Shown here: positions 8,204 through 15,658 of the stretch, piece by piece
How positions within the stretch are numbered: the first letter of the stretch is position 1
How the letters are laid out: each line of letters begins with the position of its first letter
Assembly (NCBI GenBank): GCA_028716845.1
Contig: JAQUPF010000013.1
Span: 890-64,889, forward strand
Length of the DNA stretch: 64,000 nt
Direction: 5' to 3'
DNA from: a bacterium
GTDB lineage: Bacteria > Auribacterota > Tritonobacteria > UBA1439
Program-made: the position numbers and the translations under genes
Notes under the pieces: generated by a model
What the model saw: only the letters and a program-made list of their open reading frames with translations
Database searches by the model: none
Told to the model about the DNA's origin: nothing

Positions 8204-9106
8204 TCAGAACTCCATCGTCAGCACCAGCCCGGCCCACGGGACGATGTTCTCGAAGAGGCGCGCCCCGTCCTCGTCCTCCATCCGGGTGAGGCTCTTCGTG
8301 AAGTGGAGGAGGCCCGTCACGACGAAGTGGTGGTTCAGCGGGACGCTCAGGTCGAGCCCCCAGTCGATATGGGTGAGCGTCGTCCGGTCGATGTACTTGT
8401 GTGAGTTCATCCCGAGCGCCATGGAGGGGGTGAAGACGGCGAGCTTCTCGCCGCCCCACCGGAGCGGCACGTTGTGCGAGATGCCCCACTCGAGGTAGGA
8501 GCCCCTCCCCTTGTCGTAATCGTAGTTCCAGAGGAACCGGGGGTTGAGCGGCAGGTCGGCGCAGACCTCGACGCCGAGCTCGCCCGTGTCCCGCCACTCC
8601 TCCTCCTCGGGGTAGCGGATGTACGTCCAGCTCGGGGCCACGGAGAGCACCTTCCAGCCGAGGGGGAGATAGATGGTGAAATCACGCTCGACCGTGCTCG
8701 GCCCGGGGACCGCCCCGGTCGTGTCGATCTGGAAATACTCGAACCCCACGCCGGCGCTGAACGGCCCGAACTCCCGCGCGTACTCGGCGGAGTACACCTG
8801 CTGGATCTGGAGGCCGCGGCGGGCGCCGTTGGCCCCCTCGTCCAGCCAGTCGCTCAGGAAGGCGCTCTGGACGTTGAACTTGATGGGGGAGATCTCGCCC
8901 GCGCGGTCGAGGACCCTGTTCATCGCCGCGAGCGGCGGGACGCGGTTCTGGAGGAAGAGCTCCTCCGGCTCCTCCGCGATCTCCTCCATCTCGCGTTCGA
9001 TGAGGGGCGCCCTCGGCTCGGCGTCGGTGACGAGCTGTCCCCGCCCGGCCCCGGGCAGCGCCGCGATGCATAGAATGAGGAGCCCCGCCGCGTGTCGTCC
9101 GGTCAT
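8204..9106 (-). CDS. Outer-membrane beta-barrel (porin-like) protein with signal peptide
   Basis: About 300 aa from MTGRHAAGLLILCIAALPGAG. C-terminal ...LVLTMEF ending in Phe (OMP signature), alternating amphipathic strands. CAGGAGG RBS. The annotated ORF extends spuriously upstream. Confidence 0.65.
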   Translation of the reverse strand: MTGRHAAGLLILCIAALPGAGRGQLVTDAEPRAPLIEREMEEIAEEPEELFLQNRVPPLAAMNRVLDRAGEISPIKFNVQSAFLSDWLDEGANGARRGLQIQQVYSAEYAREFGPFSAGVGFEYFQIDTTGAVPGPSTVERDFTIYLPLGWKVLSVAPSWTYIRYPEEEEWRDTGELGVEVCADLPLNPRFLWNYDYDKGRGSYLEWGISHNVPLRWGGEKLAVFTPSMALGMNSHKYIDRTTLTHIDWGLDLSVPLNHHFVVTGLLHFTKSLTRMEDEDGARLFENIVPWAGLVLTMEF

Positions 9107-9198
9107 CGCCCCCTCCTGGAGTAGCACGATTTTCAGAATGGTAGCACTTCTCCGGCCGGGCGCAAGAAAAAATGATATTTTTCGCGCCGCCCCCGGCG

Positions 9199-10230
9199 TC
9201 AGAATCCCGCCGCGAGGGCGATGAAGCCGACGAGGAGGGCCGCGGCGACCTTCGCCGCCTTCACCCAGACGAAATCCCGCACGCTCGCCGACAGGAGCGG
9301 CAGCATCCCGTGGCCGTCCTGCGAGATGGAGCTCGCCAGGAGCACCGAGAACGGGACGAGGCCGCGCGCGTACATGAGGACGAAGACGAGGTGCGGCCCC
9401 GACTCGGGGATGAAGCCGAGGAGGACGGCGACCGGCAGGACCCAGGCGGTGCGTGCCCCGATGAACGCCTCGAGGTCCCACCGCTCCGAGAGGAAGTGGA
9501 TGGCGAGCATCGTCCCGAGGACCCAGAGGAAGATCCGCCAGAGGTGCTCCTTCGCGAGGTGCTCCCAGAGGTGTTCCTCGAGGTAGTGGTCCGGGACCGT
9601 GACGGCGATGAAGGCGGCCGCGACCAGGAGGAGGATGAGCGTCGTCGTGACCCAGGCCGCCTCCCCGTGCCCGCCGCCTGCGAGCGCGCTCGAGAGGAAG
9701 ATGGCGATGATGAGGAAGATGCAGAAGCGGGCGAGCGACGGCCGCCGGAGGTTGCGCGCCGCGTCGGCGACCGAGAGCCGGCAGCAGTGCTCCTCGTGGA
9801 AGGCGAGACGGTCGCAGCCGTCGCAGGGGACGAGCCCCGCCGCCCCCGCCGCCCGGTCGCTCAGCCACCCCCAGGCGGCGCCGAGGACGAACAGGATGCC
9901 GAAGAGGGCGAGGGCCCTGCCGGGGAAGAGGGCGAGCATGACGAACGCCTCGTCCCCCGAGGTGGCGAGCATGCAGGCGACGAGCGCCCCGAACGAGAGC
10001 ATCCGGTGGATGTAGAGCGAGGTGACGGCGAACGCCCCGAGGCAGCCGGGGGTCGCCCCGAGGAGCGCGGCCCCGACGTACTGGCGCGTCCCCCCGCGCC
10101 TGAGGATCGCCCCGAGCCGGCCCCGGCTGAGGACGTTCGCGTAGTCCACGATCGTCATCATCGCGAAGACGAAGGCGGAGACGAGGATCGCGTGCCGGAC
10201 GAGCTCCCCGATGGTGGCCTCGTGGTGCAT
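9199..10230 (-). CDS. Polytopic membrane protein with Cys/His-rich cytoplasmic motifs (CDGCD, HEEHCC, EEHLWEHLAKEHLW), putative metal-ion permease
   Basis: About 343 aa from MHHEATIGELV. Multiple hydrophobic segments. Family not confidently recognised. Confidence 0.6.
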   Translation of the reverse strand: MHHEATIGELVRHAILVSAFVFAMMTIVDYANVLSRGRLGAILRRGGTRQYVGAALLGATPGCLGAFAVTSLYIHRMLSFGALVACMLATSGDEAFVMLALFPGRALALFGILFVLGAAWGWLSDRAAGAAGLVPCDGCDRLAFHEEHCCRLSVADAARNLRRPSLARFCIFLIIAIFLSSALAGGGHGEAAWVTTTLILLLVAAAFIAVTVPDHYLEEHLWEHLAKEHLWRIFLWVLGTMLAIHFLSERWDLEAFIGARTAWVLPVAVLLGFIPESGPHLVFVLMYARGLVPFSVLLASSISQDGHGMLPLLSASVRDFVWVKAAKVAAALLVGFIALAAGF

Positions 10231-10238
10231 GGCGGCCC

Positions 10239-11120
10239 TCAGGCGGACGCCGCGGCGGGGGGCGGCGCGGAGGTGACGAGGAACGAGCCGACCGCCACGC
10301 CGAGTTCCCGCGCGATCACGGGGCACTTCGCGCGGAGGAGGAAGAAGATCCGCTTGCCGCCGACGCCGCTCAGCGACTCGTAGTTCCCCTGCCCCTTCGC
10401 GATGACGATGTCCGCGCGCCGGAACGCCGCGCGGAAATCGTCCGCGCACTCCTCGAGGATGACCCCCGGCGCGGCGTGGCCGGTCGAGACGACCCGGGCG
10501 ACCTCGTCCATCCGCACGCGCTCGGCGTCGCGGAGGGTGACGTCGTTGATGATGGGGCCGCCGCGCACGGCGAAGGTCCGCTCGAGGGCGGGGTGGAGCG
10601 CGCCGATCGTCTCGAGGAGCAGCTTGTCGAAGACAATCTCGCCGGCGTTGTCGCCGACGTAGAGGAGGCGCCTGGACGAGGCGAGCGCCGCCTCGAGCGC
10701 CGCGCTCTCGTCGACCTGGAACCCCTTCTCGAGGACGGAGCGGAGGGAGTCCATCAGGTCGAACTTCACCCCGATGCCGAAATCCACGATGTTGGCGGCC
10801 ACCGCCAGGCGGAGCGCCGTGCCGAGGGGGGAGGGGGATTTCGCGACCGTCTCCTTCGCCCAGCCCCAGCACTCGAGCGCCGTCCCGTCGCTCCGCTCCT
10901 TCGCCTGGAGGTACGGGTCGGCGCAGCCGGTGACCTTCTCCACCGCCGCGTACACCATGCTCGCGATGAGCGGCGGGGTCATCCCGAGGTCGATCCGCGA
11001 GAGGATCCGGTGGACGCGCCTGAGGACCCGGGCGTGCACGTCGTCGTCGTTGCTGACGAGCCGCGAGACGTCAAGCGCCTGCCGGATGAAGCAGGCCTGG
11101 CACTCGAGGGAGCTCCTCAT
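10239..11120 (-). CDS. DUF89 (ARMT1-like damage-control phosphatase) family protein
   Basis: 293 aa. N-terminal MRSSLECQACFIRQ is the characteristic DUF89 CxxC..RQ start. Confidence 0.7.
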   Translation of the reverse strand: MRSSLECQACFIRQALDVSRLVSNDDDVHARVLRRVHRILSRIDLGMTPPLIASMVYAAVEKVTGCADPYLQAKERSDGTALECWGWAKETVAKSPSPLGTALRLAVAANIVDFGIGVKFDLMDSLRSVLEKGFQVDESAALEAALASSRRLLYVGDNAGEIVFDKLLLETIGALHPALERTFAVRGGPIINDVTLRDAERVRMDEVARVVSTGHAAPGVILEECADDFRAAFRRADIVIAKGQGNYESLSGVGGKRIFFLLRAKCPVIARELGVAVGSFLVTSAPPPAAASA

Positions 11121-11440
11121 CGGGGGGCGCGCCCCCCGCGGAGCCGTGCCCGAACCGACTCGACCTTCCCCGCCGCCGTCAGGGGGGCGTCGCGCCGGTC
11201 GTCGATCCTGATGCTCGTGACGACGCGCGGGGCCCCCGCCGCGACGACCGCGCGGTGGAGGTCGAGCGCCGCCTCGAGGAGGCGCTCGACGCTCCCCGCC
11301 TCGACGATCGTCCCCATGGCGGTGAGCTCCCAGCGGAGGTCGTCCCTCCCCTCGAGCGCCGCCACCGCGCGCGCGACGTAGTCGCCGACCGACGCCGTCG
11401 CCGTCCCGATCGGGACGACGCTGATCTCCATGATCGGCAT
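11117..11440 (-). CDS. MTH1187/YkoF-family (DUF77) small ligand-binding protein
   Basis: 107 aa from MPIMEISVVPIGTATASVGDYVA. GGAGGAGG RBS. The annotated ORF has a spurious Arg/Ser-rich N-terminal extension. Confidence 0.7.
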   Translation of the reverse strand: MPIMEISVVPIGTATASVGDYVARAVAALEGRDDLRWELTAMGTIVEAGSVERLLEAALDLHRAVVAAGAPRVVTSIRIDDRRDAPLTAAGKVESVRARLRGGRAPR

Positions 11441-11462
11441 GGCCGCCTCCTCCCGCGTTCCT

Positions 11463-11834
11463 TCAGGGCGCCGCCGGCGCCCCCGCGAGCTCCGCCTCCT
11501 CCTGCTGGAGGTGGGCGAGCTCGGCGTCGATCGCCGCGATCTCCTCGGGGGTCGTGTTCTCCTCCGCGGCCGCCCGCCGCTCCTCGAGGACCCGGATCCT
11601 GTCCCGGACGAGGACGAGGCGCCCCGTGAGCGCCGTCCCCGGCTCCGGCGTGGGCGTGGGCGGCGGCCGCTCCGCCGTCTCCTGCGCGTGCGCGCGCCGG
11701 TCCGGGATGCCTCGCTGCTCCATCGCGTCCTCGATCTCCTCCCGGATGCGGAAGTCATCGTCGGCGTCCCGCGCGGGGGCGCGGACCGGCGCGGCGGCGC
11801 AGGCGAGCGCCGCGATGAGCGCGAGCGTCTTCAT
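11463..11834 (-). CDS. Small secreted coiled-coil hypothetical protein
   Basis: 123 aa from MKTLALIAALACAAAPVRA (signal peptide). Acidic, helical. Confidence 0.5.
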   Translation of the reverse strand: MKTLALIAALACAAAPVRAPARDADDDFRIREEIEDAMEQRGIPDRRAHAQETAERPPPTPTPEPGTALTGRLVLVRDRIRVLEERRAAAEENTTPEEIAAIDAELAHLQQEEAELAGAPAAP

Positions 11835-11969
11835 GTCGGCCCCCTTCCCCTCCCGCCCGCGGCCGCGCCCGGGAAGCGGTGTTGAGCGCGCGGGCGGCTG
11901 ACGGTAGAATGTGATGATTGCAGAACGGCCTTCGGCTGTCAACCGCGCACGCCGGCCCGATGCGGCAAT

Positions 11970-12012
11970 CGACCGCGGATCCAAACGGTGACCCGCGGAT
12001 CAACGCGGATCG
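11970..12012. repeat. Dispersed intergenic repeat (CACGGAT/ATCCGYG 10-bp-phased family), degenerate copy
   Basis: GACCGCGGATCCAAACGGTGACCCGCGGATCAACGCGGATCGG. Confidence 0.6.
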
Positions 12013-12165
12013 GGCTCCGGTTCAGAGCTGCAGTAGGATCCGCGGTGAGCGTTTCATTATCTATAGCATGTATGACTTACAACCGGCTCCAGGCCAGTGT
12101 CGATCCGTCATGATCCGTACATATCCGTGGCTGGTCGTGCATGATCGCCGGGGGGGCGCGACGGC

Positions 12166-14541
12166 ATGATCGCCTTCGCCGCCGTCCCGCTCCTCCTCCT
12201 CGTCCCAGGCGTCCTCCTCGTCCGGGCCGCGGCCCGGGGCACGCCGCCCGCGCGCGCCCCCCTCAGGCGCGCCTGGCTCCAGGCGGTCGTCGCGAGCATG
12301 GCCGTCTCCTCCTGGGCGGGCCTCCTGCTCCTCGAGTGCGGCGCCTTCGGCCTCGGCGCGCTCTCGCTCGCGCTCGCGGCCTTCTCGATCGCCCTCCTCC
12401 TCGTCTTCCGGCCGCCCCTCCGCGGCCGGCGCGGGGGAGGGGAGCGGGCCGGCGGCGCGCTGCCGCTCGCGCTCGTCGCGGCCGCCTTCCTCCTCGCCTG
12501 CGCGGCGGGCGGCGTCTCCGAGCACGTCTTCGGCGGCTGGGATTCCGGCGAATACGTCGGCATGGGCGCCCTCTTCGCCGACCGGGGGCGCATCGTCTAC
12601 CGCGACGAGTTCTTCGCCTCCGTCCCCGAGGATTCCCGCGACCTCTTCACGCAGGAGGGGCGCCGCTACATGGGCTTCAACCTCCTCAGCCTGCCCGGCG
12701 CGGTCGTGAGCCCGAAGTTCATGCACGTCTACCCGATGTGGCTCGCCCTCGCCTCGAGGATCGCCGGCCCCCGCGCGGCCCTCGCGGCGAACATCCTCTT
12801 CTCGCTCCTCTCGATCGCCCTCTGCTGGCGGATCGCCCTCCGGCTCTACGGCCGCGCCGCCGCCGCCGTGTCCGCCGCCGTCATGGCCTTGAGCCCGCTC
12901 CTCCTCTGGTTCGGCCGCATGCAGTGCGCCGAGCCGCTCGCCGCCCTCTTCTTCCTCGGCTGCGTCTACTTCTGGGTCCTCTGGCGGCAGGGGGGCGGCC
13001 CCTCGCGCGCCGGCCTCTCCGCCGCCTGCGCCGGGATGATGTTCCTCGTGAAATTCGACGCCCTCATCGTCCTCCCCGCCCTCCTCCTCGCCCTCGCCCT
13101 CGCCGGGCGGATCCGGGGCGTCCGCGTCTTCGCCCTCGCGCTCGCCGCCGCCCTCGTCCATCTGGCCGTCCACCTCGCCTGGTGGGACCGGCCGTACCTG
13201 AAGGCGGTCTCCGACAACCTCCCGGGCGGGCCGTGGGCGTTCGCCGCCGCCGGAGCGCTCCTCGCGCTCGCCCTCATCGCCGGCCGGCGCGTCAGGGCGG
13301 CCTGTCTCGCCCTCGGCGTCCTGCCCCGGCTCGCCGTCGCCCTCTTCCTCCTCGCCGCCTTCGTCTTCCTCCTCTACGTCCGGCCGGCGGTGAGCGCCTC
13401 GCCGGAGGCGGAGAACCTCCCCGGCCTCGCCATGATCGCCGGCGACGGTATCCTCTGGTGGGCCCTCGCGGGCGCCCTCGTCGCCTGGCTCCGCGGCCTC
13501 CGCGACGACGAGCTCCCCCTCTGGCTCGCCGGCCTCGCCGCCGGCGCCTTCTTCTCCCTCACGCTCGCCGGCGAGCGCCACCTCTACCCCTGGTCCGCCC
13601 GCCGCTTCCTCCCGGTCGTCGTCCCCGCCGCCGCCGTCTTCGCCGGCCTCTTCACCGCCTCGCTCCGCCGCCTGCTCCCGCGGCCGTGGGCGCTCCTCCC
13701 CGGCGCCGGCCTCGCCCTCCTCCTCGCCCTGCCGCTCGCCCGCTTCCCGTACCTCGCCGCCGCCCGCGACTACCCCGGCGCCCTCGCCTTCGTCGGCCGC
13801 CTCGGCGAGGCGACCCGGCCGTACGACGTCCTCGTCTGCGAGCAGGTGCGGCTCGCCGTCCCGCTCGACTTCCTCTGCCGCCGGAACGTCCTCCTCTTCA
13901 AGGAGGACGGGCAGACTCCGGAGGCGTGCGCGCGCGTCGAGGCGCTCGTCGCCCGCTGGCTCGACGAGGGGCGGCGCGTCGCCTACGTCACCTCGGGCCC
14001 CGCGATCCACGGCGCCCGGATCGGCTTCGCGCGGGCGGGGACGGTCCCCCTCCGCTCCTCCGCCGTCCCGCTCGTCCGCCGCGGGATGCCCGCCGGCCCC
14101 GCGCCGTTCTCCATGGACGGAGCCGTCCTCGAGGCGGTGCCGCTCGAGCGGTGGGAGCCGCCGGCCGGCGATCTCGTCTTCGAGATCGGCTTCAACTCGT
14201 TCGGCCTCGGGGAGGGCTTCGGCGGCCCCCGCCGCTTCGGCCGCCGGGGGGTGGGCCGCTGGACAGCCCCGGAGGCATCGCTTATAATCCCGTGGTTCGA
14301 GGACGGCGCGGGGCGGATCGAATTCGCACTCTCGACCGGCTCGCCGTCGGGCGGTCCCGTCCCCGTCGAGGTCGCCGTCGAGGGGGAGACGGTCGGCCGG
14401 TTCGAGGCGGCGGGGCTCCTCCGGGACTACGCGGTCGCCGTCCCGCCGGGAACGGGCGCCGGCATGCGGCGCGTCCGCCTCCGGATCAACGCCCCCCGGG
14501 GCGTTTTCCTGGACAAGGTGAGGATCGCCCGCCTGCCCTGA
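12166..14541 (+). CDS. GT-C-fold integral membrane glycosyltransferase-like protein (PMT/ArnT/family-39-like), paralog A
   Basis: 791 aa. About 11-13 TM helices in the N-terminal two-thirds, large C-terminal soluble domain. Paralogous to 15643..18177; both N-termini read VPLLLLVPGVLLVRAA. Confidence 0.65.
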   Translation: MIAFAAVPLLLLVPGVLLVRAAARGTPPARAPLRRAWLQAVVASMAVSSWAGLLLLECGAFGLGALSLALAAFSIALLLVFRPPLRGRRGGGERAGGALPLALVAAAFLLACAAGGVSEHVFGGWDSGEYVGMGALFADRGRIVYRDEFFASVPEDSRDLFTQEGRRYMGFNLLSLPGAVVSPKFMHVYPMWLALASRIAGPRAALAANILFSLLSIALCWRIALRLYGRAAAAVSAAVMALSPLLLWFGRMQCAEPLAALFFLGCVYFWVLWRQGGGPSRAGLSAACAGMMFLVKFDALIVLPALLLALALAGRIRGVRVFALALAAALVHLAVHLAWWDRPYLKAVSDNLPGGPWAFAAAGALLALALIAGRRVRAACLALGVLPRLAVALFLLAAFVFLLYVRPAVSASPEAENLPGLAMIAGDGILWWALAGALVAWLRGLRDDELPLWLAGLAAGAFFSLTLAGERHLYPWSARRFLPVVVPAAAVFAGLFTASLRRLLPRPWALLPGAGLALLLALPLARFPYLAAARDYPGALAFVGRLGEATRPYDVLVCEQVRLAVPLDFLCRRNVLLFKEDGQTPEACARVEALVARWLDEGRRVAYVTSGPAIHGARIGFARAGTVPLRSSAVPLVRRGMPAGPAPFSMDGAVLEAVPLERWEPPAGDLVFEIGFNSFGLGEGFGGPRRFGRRGVGRWTAPEASLIIPWFEDGAGRIEFALSTGSPSGGPVPVEVAVEGETVGRFEAAGLLRDYAVAVPPGTGAGMRRVRLRINAPRGVFLDKVRIARLP

Positions 14542-14566
14542 GCGCGGCCGGCGGCGGCAGAAACGC

Positions 14567-15658
14567 ATGAAAGGCGCGGGGCTCCCTGCGGTACACCAGG
14601 TCGTGGCGGGATTCGCCGACGGCGACGCCATCAGCGACCTCGCCCTCGCGCTCCAGGCGGTCTTCCGCCGCTGGGGGCACGAGTCGGAGATCTTCTGCCC
14701 GCGCCGCCACATCGACCCGAAGATGCGCGGCCGGGCGCTCGACCTCCACGAGCACCGCGCGCGGAGCGCCCCCCGCAACATCCTCTACTTCCACTTCTCC
14801 ATCGGCTCCGAGACGGTCGAGTACTTCCGGCGCGCCCCCGACCGGAAGGTCCTCGTCTACCACAACATCACGCCGGGCCGCTGGTTCCGCTCCATCTACG
14901 ACGAGCGCGAGGCCCAGCTCGTCCACGGGCGCGAGGACCTCGCCACGCTCGCGGGCGTCGCCGGCCTCGTCCTCGCCGACTCCGCCTTCAACGCCGGCGA
15001 GCTCGCGGAGGCGGGCTTCCGCGACGTGAAGGTCATGCCGCTCATCCTCGACCCCGGCCGCCTCGCGAAGCCGCCGGACGCCGGGATCCTCCGCGGCTTC
15101 CGGGACGGCGTGCCGAACATCCTCTTCGTCGGCCGGGTGGTCCCGAACAAGCGGTTCGAGGACCTCATCCGCGCCTTCTACGCCTACCGGCGCTTCACCG
15201 GGAAGCCCGCCCGCCTCCTCCTCGTCGGCTCCGCGACGGGCCTCGAGCGCTACCTCGCCTTCCTCCGCCACCTCGTCCGCGAGCTCTCCCTCGACGACGT
15301 CGTCTTCGCCCGCCACGTCCGGCTCGACGCCCTCACGGCCTTCTACCGCGCGGCCGACCTGTTCCTCTGCATGAGCGAGCACGAGGGGTTCTGCATCCCG
15401 CTGCTGGAGGCGATGCACTTCGGCGTCCCGATCCTCGCCTACCGCGCGGCCGCCGTCGCCGAGACGCTCGGCGGGGGCGGCGTCCTCTTCGACGAGAAGG
15501 ATTTCCCCGCCGTCGCCGAGATGATGGACCTCCTCCTCCGCGACGGCCCGCTCCGCGCCGCCGTCGTCGCCCGGCAGCGCGCGCGGCTCGCCGACTTCGA
15601 GCCCGCCCGGCTCGAGGAGCGGCTGAAAGGGTACCTCGCCCCATGGCTCACGCCCTGA
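14567..15658 (+). CDS. Glycosyltransferase family 4 (GT-B, group 1)
   Basis: 363 aa. EX7E motif SEHEGFCIPLLEAMHFGVPILA. Confidence 0.85.
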   Translation: MKGAGLPAVHQVVAGFADGDAISDLALALQAVFRRWGHESEIFCPRRHIDPKMRGRALDLHEHRARSAPRNILYFHFSIGSETVEYFRRAPDRKVLVYHNITPGRWFRSIYDEREAQLVHGREDLATLAGVAGLVLADSAFNAGELAEAGFRDVKVMPLILDPGRLAKPPDAGILRGFRDGVPNILFVGRVVPNKRFEDLIRAFYAYRRFTGKPARLLLVGSATGLERYLAFLRHLVRELSLDDVVFARHVRLDALTAFYRAADLFLCMSEHEGFCIPLLEAMHFGVPILAYRAAAVAETLGGGGVLFDEKDFPAVAEMMDLLLRDGPLRAAVVARQRARLADFEPARLEERLKGYLAPWLTP

